From: Lachnospiraceae bacterium | GTDB taxonomy: Bacteria > Bacillota > Clostridia > Lachnospirales > Lachnospiraceae | Assembly: GCA_029008875.1 (NCBI GenBank) | Contig: JAQXJP010000003.1 | Coordinates: 6,710 to 70,709 of the forward strand | Length of the DNA: 64,000 nt | Direction of reading: 5' to 3' | Shown: one piece after another, positions 9,331 to 19,293 of the stretch | Position numbering within the stretch: the first letter of the stretch is position 1 | Layout: each line of letters begins with the position of its first letter | The notes under the pieces: generated by a model | Told to the model about the DNA's origin: nothing | The model's database searches: none | Seen by the model: only the letters and a program-made list of their open reading frames with translations | Made by a program: the position numbers and the translations under genes

Positions 9331-10680
9331 ATGAAAAAGGTCATTACCTATGGAACATATGATTTATTTCATGAAGGTCATTACAAACTGTTAGAGCGGG
9401 CAAAGGCATTAGGGGATTATCTGATTGTTGGGGTAACAACCGAGCATTTTGATGAAGCCAGAGGCAAGGTGAATGTGGTGGACTCCATTATGGAACGTAT
9501 TGAAAATGTTCGTAAAACCGGATTTGCCAATGAGATTATTGTGGAGGATCACGAGGGTCAGAAAATTGAGGATATTCAAAAATATGGGGTGGATATCTTT
9601 GTGCTCGGCTCTGATTGGAAAGGACATTTTGACTATCTAAAGCCATACTGCGACGTCGTATATCTGGAGAGAACGGCGAATGTCTCCTCTACTATGATTC
9701 GCAAGGAGAAATTTCCAATCGTAAGAGTGGGAATCGTTGGTACAGGGAGAATTGCACCGAGATTTGTTGCTGAGGCAAAGTATGTCAGTGGAGTACAGAT
9801 AGAGTGTGCATACAATCCCGAGAAGATTAGTGCATTGCGCTTTGGACAGCGGGAGGAAATCCCTGTATATAGTAATGACATGGAGGAATTCTGGCAACGC
9901 ACGGATGCCATCTATATCGGATCTCCGAATGAGACACATTATACGTATGCGAAAGAGGCTCTTCTTCATGGGAAACATGTATTAAGTGAGAAGCCACTGG
10001 CATTTACGCATAGTGAGACAATGGAATTGTATCAGATGGCAAAGGATAAAGGCCTTGTGCTGATGGAGGGAATAAAAACCGCATACTGTCCGGGATTTCA
10101 ACAGCTAATTAATGTGGCCAAGAGTGGAAAAATCGGGGAAATCCGAGATATCGAAGCCTGCTTTACAAGACTTGCGACAGATGGCTCCAGAGAGCGGTCG
10201 GACGCAAAATATGGCGGTTCCTTTTTAGAGTTTGCTCCTTATACGCTGCTCCCCATTTTTAAGCTATATGGAACTGAATATGAGGATGTTCAGATTGACA
10301 GTATTCTGGGGGAGGATGGCATTGACCTATATACAAAGATTCAACTCCGTTATGCGAATGGTATGGCGACAGCCAAGATGGGAGTCGGAGTAAAGTCAGA
10401 GGGGGAGCTTGTGATTGCAGGAACGGAAGGGTACATCCTTGCGCCGTCTCCGTGGTGGCTGACGCATAAGTTCGACGTGCGAAGAGAGGACCCGACGGAC
10501 ATTGAGCATTTTGAACCATCTTTTCAGGGAGATGGTCTGAGATATGAGATCAGCGAATTTGTCGGAAAAATAAATGGTGCCGGAAGAAAAGACTACAAGC
10601 TTACCGAGGAAGAATCAATTGCAATGTCAAGAATCGTGGAGTTGTTCATGAGTAAACGAAGCGGAGATAGGATGAAATGA
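9331..10680 (+). CDS. TagD-like cytidylyltransferase fused to a Gfo/Idh/MocA oxidoreductase
   Basis: N-terminal ITYGTYDLFHEGH (HxGH) and YLERTANVSST; then VGIVGTGRIA and HVLSEKP. Confidence 0.88.
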   Translation: MKKVITYGTYDLFHEGHYKLLERAKALGDYLIVGVTTEHFDEARGKVNVVDSIMERIENVRKTGFANEIIVEDHEGQKIEDIQKYGVDIFVLGSDWKGHFDYLKPYCDVVYLERTANVSSTMIRKEKFPIVRVGIVGTGRIAPRFVAEAKYVSGVQIECAYNPEKISALRFGQREEIPVYSNDMEEFWQRTDAIYIGSPNETHYTYAKEALLHGKHVLSEKPLAFTHSETMELYQMAKDKGLVLMEGIKTAYCPGFQQLINVAKSGKIGEIRDIEACFTRLATDGSRERSDAKYGGSFLEFAPYTLLPIFKLYGTEYEDVQIDSILGEDGIDLYTKIQLRYANGMATAKMGVGVKSEGELVIAGTEGYILAPSPWWLTHKFDVRREDPTDIEHFEPSFQGDGLRYEISEFVGKINGAGRKDYKLTEEESIAMSRIVELFMSKRSGDRMK

Positions 10681-12464
10681 TAAGATTCGGAATGATTGGT
10701 ACAGGTCGAATTGCACAACGATTTGCGAAGGACATTTTGATGACACAGGATGCAATGCTGACCTGCGTCTATAATCCCCATGAGAATAGCGCAGAAAAAT
10801 TTGTATCTGCATATTGCAAAGAATATAGTGTTGAAAAAATTCCAATTGCAACAATGGATTTGCAGGTATTATGGAATCAGTGTGATGCAGTATATATCGC
10901 TACCCCTCACGAGACACACTATGTGTATGCAAAGTCCGCTCTTGAAGCAGGAAAACATGTATTGTGCGAAAAACCGATGACCCTTGTACTAGATGAGGCA
11001 GAGGAATTGTTTGCTCTGGCAAAGAAGAATGGACTTGTCCTTCGAGAGGCAGTAAAGACTTCTTACTGTCCGGGATTTCTTAAGCTGTTGGAAGTAGCGC
11101 AAAGTGGTGTGATTGGGGAAATCTGCGATGTGGAGGCGGCGTTTACAAAGCTGGAGAGTACCTGCAATCGGGAATTCGTGGATATCAAAACCGGTGGAAG
11201 CGTAGCAGAACTGGGGGCATATTGTATGCTTCCGATTTTTAAATTAATGGGGTGCAATTATTCAGGAGTACAGGCACAATCTATTCATGCACCGAATGGT
11301 GTAGATAAATATACAAAGTTGATATTTACCTACGAAAATGGAATGGCAACTGCCAAGATGGGACTTGGTGTTAAGTCAGAAGGACAGTTGCTTATCTCAG
11401 GGACAAAAGGCTATATTTTGGCAGAGTCCCCATGGTGGCTGACGAAAAAATTTGAAGTGCGATATGAAAATCCGAATCAAAAAGAAAGGTATGAATTTGA
11501 CTATCTGGGTGCAGGCCTAATCTATGAAATCATAGGATTTATTCGAGACTGTGAAGGAGAACCAATTGGAGCCGGTGTTACAGAAGAAGAGACGCTAAGT
11601 GCAGTTTATGTAATTGAGCAGTTTCTTCAGGCGGATGTACCACTTAGAAAAGTTGCATCAGAGCAAGAGAAAGCGAGAGTGGGTATTTGGGCGCATCGTG
11701 GTATGTGTATGAAATACCCACAAAACACGCTGCTTGCTTTTGAAGAAGCAGCAAAGATTCCAGGAGTAAAGGGAATCGAACTGGATGTACAACTATCAAA
11801 AGATGGTCAGGTTGTGGTATTTCATGATGAGACATTAGGAAGAATTACGACCTGTGAAGGCAAACTAAAGGATTATACGCTTGAGGAACTGCGACAGATT
11901 CCAATGAGGGGTGTAAATGAAGAACTGTATCCGGATAAAAGCAGAGTTCGTATTCCAACGCTAGAAGAAGTTTTGGAATTGTTAAAGCCTTATTGCAAAA
12001 AAAATAATATAATGATTAATATCGAACTAAAGACTAGTGTCATTCATTATGAGGGAATCGAAGAAAAAACGCTGGAACTGGTTAAAAAGCATAACCTAGA
12101 AGCATATGTTATTTATTCTTCATTCTGGGCTGAGTCTGTAAAGAAAATGAAAGAACTGGATGCCTCTTGTAAGACCGGCATGCTTGCAACATACTTAAGC
12201 GATTGCATCAAATGGGGCGATTATGCAAACGCAGATGCGCTTCATCCAAGTATAGGCGGTTTGGATTGTGATGTGCCGGAGCGCTGGAGAGGCAAACCGA
12301 TTCGAGCATGGAATGGAATAGAGCCGTTTTTCCCAGAAGATAAGAAATCAGGGAATATGGATTTACTGGAATTCGCTTTGTGGGGTGTGACGGACGTGTT
12401 CACGAATGTGGCGGATACCTTGACAAAACCAGTAAAAAGTAGTAAAAGAAAAGTAAACCAGTAA
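10677..12464 (+). CDS. Gfo/Idh/MocA oxidoreductase fused to a glycerophosphodiester phosphodiesterase (GDPD) domain
   Basis: IGTGRIA and HVLCEKP; C-terminal WAHRG...PQNTL...IELDVQLSKDGQVVVFHD...INIELK. Confidence 0.88.
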   Translation: MIRFGMIGTGRIAQRFAKDILMTQDAMLTCVYNPHENSAEKFVSAYCKEYSVEKIPIATMDLQVLWNQCDAVYIATPHETHYVYAKSALEAGKHVLCEKPMTLVLDEAEELFALAKKNGLVLREAVKTSYCPGFLKLLEVAQSGVIGEICDVEAAFTKLESTCNREFVDIKTGGSVAELGAYCMLPIFKLMGCNYSGVQAQSIHAPNGVDKYTKLIFTYENGMATAKMGLGVKSEGQLLISGTKGYILAESPWWLTKKFEVRYENPNQKERYEFDYLGAGLIYEIIGFIRDCEGEPIGAGVTEEETLSAVYVIEQFLQADVPLRKVASEQEKARVGIWAHRGMCMKYPQNTLLAFEEAAKIPGVKGIELDVQLSKDGQVVVFHDETLGRITTCEGKLKDYTLEELRQIPMRGVNEELYPDKSRVRIPTLEEVLELLKPYCKKNNIMINIELKTSVIHYEGIEEKTLELVKKHNLEAYVIYSSFWAESVKKMKELDASCKTGMLATYLSDCIKWGDYANADALHPSIGGLDCDVPERWRGKPIRAWNGIEPFFPEDKKSGNMDLLEFALWGVTDVFTNVADTLTKPVKSSKRKVNQ

Positions 12465-12510
12465 AAAGTAGTAAAAGAACGAAAAACCAGTAAAGAGTAG
12501 TAGAACGAAC
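12426..12510 (+). repeat. Three tandem 29-bp direct repeats
   Basis: AAACCAGTAAAAAGTAGTAAAAGAA at 12426 and 12455 (25 nt identical) and a degenerate copy at 12484. Confidence 0.9.
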
Positions 12511-12520
12511 AGGGGCAGGT

Positions 12521-13558
12521 ATGAAAAATCCATATTCTATGGTATTTGGAAAAGAGCCGGAATTGCTTATTTCACGTGCAGCGCAATTTAATATGGTAGT
12601 GCGGGACTTCACTGAGGAAAATCCTCCGTATCAGACATATCTCATTACCGGGGTTCGAGGATCCGGCAAGACAGTTATGATGACAGATCTTGCAAATCAT
12701 TTCCGTAAGCTTGAAGATTGGGTTGTAGTAGAACTCAATCCGGATAGGGACCTCCTGAACAGTTTGGCGGCGAATTTGGCCAGTAACCAGAAATTTGCGC
12801 AGATTTTCCAAAATGCAAAATTGAATTTGTCATTTTGGGGGTTTGGATTAGAAATAAGTGGAGTAACGCCTATTACGGATATCGAGGTGGCATTGCGTCA
12901 GATGATTGCAAACCTGGGCAAGCACAATAAGAAGATCTTGATCACAATCGATGAGGTGACGAATAATTCAAACATTCGAGCCTTTGCCAGTGCTTTTCAG
13001 ATTATGGTGAGGCAGGAACTTCCGGTGTTCCTTTTAATGACGGGCTTGTACGAAAATATCAATGCCATACAGGATGAGAAAAATCTGACTTTTTTGTATC
13101 GCTCGCCGAAGTTGGAGATGAAATCATTAAATATTGGGATGATTGCGGAAAAGTATCAAATCACTCTTGAGGTGCCATATGAGGATGCACTTGAAATGGC
13201 CAAGTGCACCAAGGGATATCCCTTTGCTTTTCAGGTGCTAGGGTATCTGACATGGGAGAATCGGGGAAACTATAAGAAAGTATTGCCTGAGTATAGACAG
13301 TACTTGGAAGAGTATGTTTATGAGAAAATATGGTCTGAGTTATCGGTAAAGGATAGGCAGATAGCGTATGGGATTGCAAATTGTTCATCCGGTAAAATTA
13401 AAGAAATTCGAGCATGGTTGCAAATGGAAACAAACGCATTTAACCCATATAGGAAACGGATGATTAAGAAAGGGATCATTGATGGAAGTGCATATGGTGT
13501 TGTAAAATTTACGCTTCCTTTTTTTGAACGATTTGTACTTGAAAATTATGAAGAATAA
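12521..13558 (+). CDS. Stand-alone AAA/ATP-binding protein with probable C-terminal winged helix
   Basis: Walker A GVRGSGKT, Walker B ILITIDE, LLMTGL; C-terminal ...YRKRMIKKGII...FTLPFF. Confidence 0.8.
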   Translation: MKNPYSMVFGKEPELLISRAAQFNMVVRDFTEENPPYQTYLITGVRGSGKTVMMTDLANHFRKLEDWVVVELNPDRDLLNSLAANLASNQKFAQIFQNAKLNLSFWGFGLEISGVTPITDIEVALRQMIANLGKHNKKILITIDEVTNNSNIRAFASAFQIMVRQELPVFLLMTGLYENINAIQDEKNLTFLYRSPKLEMKSLNIGMIAEKYQITLEVPYEDALEMAKCTKGYPFAFQVLGYLTWENRGNYKKVLPEYRQYLEEYVYEKIWSELSVKDRQIAYGIANCSSGKIKEIRAWLQMETNAFNPYRKRMIKKGIIDGSAYGVVKFTLPFFERFVLENYEE

Positions 13559-14675
13559 TGGGTTATTTCAAATGGGAGAGAAAATGTTAGCAGGAGTACA
13601 GTATAATGCCCCATTAAGCTTGGAGGCAATTGCAGACGCAGGATTTTCCTATGCGGAAATTCCTTACGAGGTGATAGAAGGAGAGGGGCTTCCGACCTAT
13701 GAGAAGAAGGAGGGGGAGAACCGCCTGTTGCGCGTATCAGGCTTTTTGTATCCACTACAGAAGCTGACGCCGGAAAAGCTGTATGAGATACTTGAGGCAT
13801 GCAAAGCATACCAGGGAAACTATATTGTTCTTGAAACCATGAACTGTGAATCGGGAATCTTCGAGGAAGTGGTAGAAGAATGCTATGGTATGATAGAAGA
13901 TTTTGGAATACCGATTTTTCTGGAAAATGGATGCCAGGGAGACGATGCATCCGGGTATGTACATAATGAATATTCGGATGTAACAGGCTTGATTCGGAGT
14001 GCAAATTTCTGTAATCGCTTATGCGACCGACCTATGGTTGGGATTTGTTATAATATCGGATATGGCAACCTCCTTGCAAAGAATATACGAAGTCAACTCT
14101 ATCAGTGTCGCGAGTATCTGTGCATGGTTCATGCCAATGACAATGGCGGACGGTACAATGACAAGCAGATGCCATATACATTTACAAAGGGTAGGGGTGA
14201 TTTGGTAACCGACTGGTATCACATTGTGGGGGAACTTATCCGTATGGATTTTCAAGGGTGGATGATTTTTGACACCACAGGACTGTTTGCAAGATGTCCG
14301 AAGAAACTTCAGACATCGTTTATGCGTATCCAGAATGCACTTGTACGGGAGTGGGAAAGTCAGTATACATTTGCAGAGCGCGTGCTGGGCAAGCCTGATA
14401 AGAAGTTGATTCTATTTGGCGCGGGACAGATGCTTGTGGATTATATGCGGGAGTTTGGAGAAGAGTACCCCCCGTATTTTGCTGTAGATAACGTACAGTC
14501 GAGATGGAACACCGAATACATGGGAGTACCAATTAAAAGTCCAAACGAGATTTTGCAGGTCCCAGAGGAAGAACGAAATGTAGTCATCTGTTGTATGTAT
14601 TATGATGCGATTGGTGCACAGCTGCGAGAAATGGGCGTGGAATATGAAGAATTCCACGATCGATATTATGTATAG
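13524..14675 (+). CDS. Xylose-isomerase-like TIM barrel (sugar-phosphate isomerase/epimerase) with C-terminal Rossmann-like domain; true start probably 13548 or 13572
   Basis: IFLENG, GICYNIG, VHANDN, WMIFD; C-terminal KLILFGAG...FAVDN. Confidence 0.7.
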   Translation: MNDLYLKIMKNNGLFQMGEKMLAGVQYNAPLSLEAIADAGFSYAEIPYEVIEGEGLPTYEKKEGENRLLRVSGFLYPLQKLTPEKLYEILEACKAYQGNYIVLETMNCESGIFEEVVEECYGMIEDFGIPIFLENGCQGDDASGYVHNEYSDVTGLIRSANFCNRLCDRPMVGICYNIGYGNLLAKNIRSQLYQCREYLCMVHANDNGGRYNDKQMPYTFTKGRGDLVTDWYHIVGELIRMDFQGWMIFDTTGLFARCPKKLQTSFMRIQNALVREWESQYTFAERVLGKPDKKLILFGAGQMLVDYMREFGEEYPPYFAVDNVQSRWNTEYMGVPIKSPNEILQVPEEERNVVICCMYYDAIGAQLREMGVEYEEFHDRYYV

Positions 14676-14690
14676 GATAGGAAAACAAGT

Positions 14691-15611
14691 ATGATAGATG
14701 TAGGAGTACAGACAAAAGGCATATTGCCGGAGATGGGAATAGAGGAGGGTGTGGCATTCATTGCTGCTGCAGGGTTTGAGAGAGTAGATTTTAACCTGGA
14801 CGCTTTCCTAAAAAACTCGGATATCTATACCGGCAAGATCAATTCGTTCTTCGACGCTGATTTAGATGTAATGCTTGCCTATTTTGGTGAGTATAAAAGG
14901 ACATTTGAAGCCTATGGAATCAAACCATCGCAGATGCATGCACCTTATCCGATTTTTGTGCCGAATAGACCCGATGTGACCGATTACATGCAGAAGGTTG
15001 TAATTCCAAAGAGTATTGCAATTGCAGGACAGATGGAGATTCCGTGGGTAGTTATGCATCCATTTAAGCTACAATACAAGTTTGGAGTGGATGTGGAGCG
15101 TGCAATGAACCTGCAATATTTTCAATCGCTTATTCCGTTGCTTAAGGAGCATCATGTGGGTGTATGTGTAGAGAATCTGTATGAAAGTATAGGTGGAAGA
15201 ATTACAGAGGGCACATGCGCGGACCCAGAGGAAGCAATCTGGTATGTGGATACGCTGAATGCGCTTGCCGGAGAGGAACTGTTTGGAATATGTCTTGATA
15301 CGGGACATATGGAACTGGTTCGAAGAACGCCTTCCGAGTATATCCGTCAGGTGGGAAGTCGACTTAAGATTATGCACCTCCATGAAAACGATGGAGTTGG
15401 GGATTTGCACCAGATGCCGTATACCTTTGGAAGCAAGCCAGAGGATGGGGTGGACTGGAAGGAATTCAGAAAAGCATTAAGTGAAATAAGCTTTGATGGA
15501 ACACTAAGCTTCGAGACGTTTCCATGCATGAATAGCTTTCCGAGAGGTGCCAGGGAAGACGTGCTGAGGACGATAAAAGAGATAGGAACTTGTATTGGCG
15601 GATCAAACTAG
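14691..15611 (+). CDS. Sugar-phosphate isomerase/epimerase (AP_endonuc_2 TIM barrel)
   Basis: Metal-ligand motifs VCVENL, ICLDTGH, MHLHEND, LSFET. Confidence 0.85.
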   Translation: MIDVGVQTKGILPEMGIEEGVAFIAAAGFERVDFNLDAFLKNSDIYTGKINSFFDADLDVMLAYFGEYKRTFEAYGIKPSQMHAPYPIFVPNRPDVTDYMQKVVIPKSIAIAGQMEIPWVVMHPFKLQYKFGVDVERAMNLQYFQSLIPLLKEHHVGVCVENLYESIGGRITEGTCADPEEAIWYVDTLNALAGEELFGICLDTGHMELVRRTPSEYIRQVGSRLKIMHLHENDGVGDLHQMPYTFGSKPEDGVDWKEFRKALSEISFDGTLSFETFPCMNSFPRGAREDVLRTIKEIGTCIGGSN

Positions 15612-15616
15612 AGAAT

Positions 15617-15827
15617 ATGAGAAGTCATATTGATAATGCAACTGTGCTTGAAATTAATATATGGGATGTTAATTTAGCAAATAGAATACCTGATTAATAA
15701 AATGAATTATAGGCCAGAGTCTATTCCGGCAAATGGAGAATTATGGGAAGAAATCGACTTTGTAGATGACCATGAGAGGGTATATAGTCAAATTTCAGGG
15801 GAACTGGTAAGAATCGCAAGGCAGTAA
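15617..15827 (+). pseudogene. Remnant resembling the C-terminus of a LicC-like NTP-transferase
   Basis: Short frame 15702-15827 encodes ...GELWEEIDFVDDHERV..., matching the W-x-EID-x3-D tail of nucleotidyltransferases; the upstream part is broken by stops. Confidence 0.4.
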
Positions 15828-15842
15828 AGAGAGGAAATAGTA

Positions 15843-17114
15843 TTGTTAGAGCATACAGTGGCAATCAAATCTCAAGAAATCAAATACCTAAAGAAGAGAA
15901 AAAGAAAAGCTACAATAGAAAAGCTGTGCTTTTATGTTTGTAGAGTATTTCCCATAAAAAAGAACCTTATTAGTGTATGTACATTCGAGGGAAAAGGAGG
16001 ATTTGGTTGTAATGCTAAACCGTTAGTGAAAAAAATACATGAAACGAAACCGGAATGCGAGTTCGTATGGTTTGTCAATGATAGGAATAAAGAATTTCCT
16101 GATTATATAAGAAAAGTACCTAATTCCTTATGGAGTAGAGCATATTGGCTTTCTAGATCAAAGGTGTGGATTGATAATTATAGAAAACCATTGGGAACTT
16201 GTAAAAGAAAAGGACAATACTATTTGAATGTTAACCATTATACCATAGGCATAAAATGTACAGGTTTATTAAGAGGAGAAGGTTTTTCAGAAATGGCATA
16301 TTTAGTCAGTAAAAATGACTCGGATATGATTGATAATTTGGTTATAGATTCAAACTGGTGTGAACAGTGTTTTGATAAGGCATTAGTATATGAAGGAACA
16401 TTTTTAAAGACAGGAGCACCAAGATGTGATGTTTTATATGGTGAACGAACCAGAATGAAAGAGCAATTTCGCATAAAATATGGATTGCCAGATGATGCAA
16501 AAGTTGTAATGTTTGCACCGACATTTCGAGAAGATGCTAAAAATGGTGTTCGAAGTGTATATTCAGAGATTTGGACGATAGATTTTAAAAGACTTATTCA
16601 TAATTTAGAAAAAAAATTTGGCGGGCAATGGTATGTTTGTGTAAGGGTACATCCACAGCTGGCACCTACATTTAGTGAATATAAGAATTCTAAAATACAA
16701 GACAGACTAATAGATGAAAGTCAGGCTGATGATATGTATGAGATACTAGCAGCGATGGATGCATATATTACAGATTATTCTAGCGCATGTTTTGAAGCCG
16801 GATTTGCACATATTCCTGTATTTATCTATGCAGATGATATACAAAAATATGCAAAGGATAGAGGCGCACTAATGTGGAATATTTCATCCGATCCACGATA
16901 TGACGTGAGAAACAACAAAAAGTTTACGCCAATGTTGAATATTCAATTTCCATTTTCAATTGCAAGTAATAATGAACAGTTACAACAGAATATATTGGAA
17001 TTCAATCAGAATGAATACAATAAAAAATTAGATGTATTTTGTGGTAAGGTTGGACTGGTGTTTGATGGGAATGCAAGTGGGAAAATAGCTGATGTAATAG
17101 CCAAATATATTTGA
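15843..17114 (+). CDS. CDP-glycerol glycerophosphotransferase (TagB/TagF family)
   Basis: WIDNYR, KGQYYLN, TGAPRCD, MFAPTFR, YITDYSS motifs. Confidence 0.85.
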   Translation: MLEHTVAIKSQEIKYLKKRKRKATIEKLCFYVCRVFPIKKNLISVCTFEGKGGFGCNAKPLVKKIHETKPECEFVWFVNDRNKEFPDYIRKVPNSLWSRAYWLSRSKVWIDNYRKPLGTCKRKGQYYLNVNHYTIGIKCTGLLRGEGFSEMAYLVSKNDSDMIDNLVIDSNWCEQCFDKALVYEGTFLKTGAPRCDVLYGERTRMKEQFRIKYGLPDDAKVVMFAPTFREDAKNGVRSVYSEIWTIDFKRLIHNLEKKFGGQWYVCVRVHPQLAPTFSEYKNSKIQDRLIDESQADDMYEILAAMDAYITDYSSACFEAGFAHIPVFIYADDIQKYAKDRGALMWNISSDPRYDVRNNKKFTPMLNIQFPFSIASNNEQLQQNILEFNQNEYNKKLDVFCGKVGLVFDGNASGKIADVIAKYI

Positions 17115-17144
17115 TAAACATAGTGGTAAGAAATGGTATAAAAG

Positions 17145-18401
17145 ATGAAAAAAGTGTATTTATTTGGAGCAGGAACCGCTGCATATGGGGTTATTTCATA
17201 TGTTGGGAAAGAAAATATTATTGCTGTGATAGACAATAAAGAAAAACTACAAGGGGATAATATATTAGATGTTCCTATAATATCGTTTGAAAAGTTTTTG
17301 AATGAAAACGACGATGAGGAAATTGTTATTACGGCAGCAATATGTGAAAGTATAGTTGAGCAACTGAAAAAAAATAAGATAAATAATTATAGTTTGGCAC
17401 CATTAGTTACAATGGGGAATATTTTTAACCCAGAACAGATTCTAGAGAGATGCAGAAATAAGGAGGAAATATTTGTTCTAGGAGACGATATAGTTATGCG
17501 GAAATTTTGTGATTATATGGAAAGTAATCACAAGGAATGTATGGTAAACGTTCTTCCAAGAGAATTTGGACAGATGGAAGTGCCGGAAAATGCAGAATTG
17601 CTTATTTTTGGAGAATTATTGGATGAAGCAGAGAAAAAGATACTAGAAAAATATAGGAGTAAGAAATTTGTATATGACTTTAAAGATAATCATAGATATA
17701 ATAACCTTGAAAAATACAATAATCTGCACAAGGGGGAAAAATGTTTCATTGTTGGTAATGGCCCAAGTTTACGGATGAGTGATTTAGAAATAATACAAAA
17801 AAGTAATATTTGTAGTTTTGGATTTAACTTAATTTACAATATATATGAAGATACTAGTTGGAGAGCCTCGTACATAGTTATTGCAGACTATACCGTTTAC
17901 AGAGCTTATTATGATGACTTTGTAAGACAAGCTTCACCGAAAATGTTTATTAAGGATTTTTATTCAATTGAAGGGACCCCTCGAATTGACGGCGTAAATT
18001 ATTATCCCGCTAGTGCATATAGATTGTACAATGATAGGCAAAAGTTTTCTTCGGATATAACTCGAAATGTGAATGGAGCTTATACTGTAATGTACGATGC
18101 AATTCAAATTGCAATATATATGGGGTTTAAAGAGATATACTTAATAGGAGCAGATTTTAGTTATTCAAAGGATCCAGTGCAAGATGGTAATCACGTGTAT
18201 GATGGTAAGATAAAAGATAGAAGAAAAGCAGTAGGCGAGTATTATCTTGATGTGTCATTTAATGCATTTAAAAAAGCTCGGGAATATGCTGATGCACATG
18301 ATATAAAAATAATTAATACTACAAGAGGTGGTAATTTGGAAATTTTTGAAAGAAAAAATATAGATGAAGTATTTGAGGAGATTGAAAACAGTGATATGTA
18401 A
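17145..18401 (+). CDS. Maf/DUF115 (MAF_flag10-like) protein with N-terminal Rossmann-like domain
   Basis: HKGEKCFIVGNGPSL, IAIYMGFKEIYLIGADFSY, NTTRGGNLEIF. Confidence 0.82.
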   Translation: MKKVYLFGAGTAAYGVISYVGKENIIAVIDNKEKLQGDNILDVPIISFEKFLNENDDEEIVITAAICESIVEQLKKNKINNYSLAPLVTMGNIFNPEQILERCRNKEEIFVLGDDIVMRKFCDYMESNHKECMVNVLPREFGQMEVPENAELLIFGELLDEAEKKILEKYRSKKFVYDFKDNHRYNNLEKYNNLHKGEKCFIVGNGPSLRMSDLEIIQKSNICSFGFNLIYNIYEDTSWRASYIVIADYTVYRAYYDDFVRQASPKMFIKDFYSIEGTPRIDGVNYYPASAYRLYNDRQKFSSDITRNVNGAYTVMYDAIQIAIYMGFKEIYLIGADFSYSKDPVQDGNHVYDGKIKDRRKAVGEYYLDVSFNAFKKAREYADAHDIKIINTTRGGNLEIFERKNIDEVFEEIENSDM

Positions 18402-19275
18402 AATTTGCGGGGGAAAAGAAATATCAATAATATTTGATGGACAGATTCGTGACGGAGGATTAGATAATTACACAAAAGAAAATATTCAAATGTTTCAATG
18501 CAATTGTTGTAAAGTTATATGGCATGATTCAATGATGAATTTGAATCAGTATTATGAAAGTACAGAATATAGAGAATCATTGGAAGGAACAACTGATGAG
18601 GAAACATTTTACCGTTTGCATGATAAAGAAACCTTGAGCAAATTACAATATACTGGAACGGAAGTGTTTAGAAATAAGACTACGGCAGATATTGGGTGCG
18701 GATGTGGAGCGTTTCTAGATTATGTAAATGGAGTTGCATCAAAAGTGATTGCGATTGAACCATCGAAATATTATCGCAATATAATGGATAGAAAAGGGTT
18801 TTATACATATCCTTATGCGGAAAATGCAATCGAAGAATGGAGAGAGAAGGTAGATGTAATTACCTCGTTTGACGTGATCGAGCATGTTGAAAATCCACAG
18901 ACATTTTTATGTGAATGTAAGGAGTTGCTTAAGAGTGGAGGAACAGCAATCATAGGTACTCCGACGGATGCACCGATTATGAGAGAACTGCTAGGGCCGA
19001 TATATGAAAAAAAGCTACTATTTAGTACGCAACATTTGTGGATTTTTTCAGAGGACAGCCTCCAGAAGATGGCTAGATATGCTGGATTTTCTTCTGTTCA
19101 AGTAAAGTATTTCCAGCGATATGGAATAGGCAATTTGCTTGGGTGGATAAGAGAAAGAAGAGCGGGATCATCGATTGAGAGCTCATTTTTAACGGATACA
19201 ATGGATGCGGTATGGCGCAAGGAAAGTGAAGCGCAGGGTTTATCAGATTATATAGTCCTGTATGTTACAAAGTAG
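18364..19275 (+). CDS. Class I SAM-dependent methyltransferase with N-terminal Zn-ribbon (probable start GTG 18391)
   Basis: CKIC...CNCC, DIGCGCG, FDVIEHV, LKSGG. Confidence 0.88.
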   Translation: MKYLRRLKTVICKICGGKEISIIFDGQIRDGGLDNYTKENIQMFQCNCCKVIWHDSMMNLNQYYESTEYRESLEGTTDEETFYRLHDKETLSKLQYTGTEVFRNKTTADIGCGCGAFLDYVNGVASKVIAIEPSKYYRNIMDRKGFYTYPYAENAIEEWREKVDVITSFDVIEHVENPQTFLCECKELLKSGGTAIIGTPTDAPIMRELLGPIYEKKLLFSTQHLWIFSEDSLQKMARYAGFSSVQVKYFQRYGIGNLLGWIRERRAGSSIESSFLTDTMDAVWRKESEAQGLSDYIVLYVTK

Positions 19276-19293
19276 TTTAAAGGAGATAAAAAT

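Noticed and set aside
12426-12510. Possible mini-CRISPR
   Set aside because: Repeats are contiguous with no spacers, are not palindromic, and no cas genes are present.
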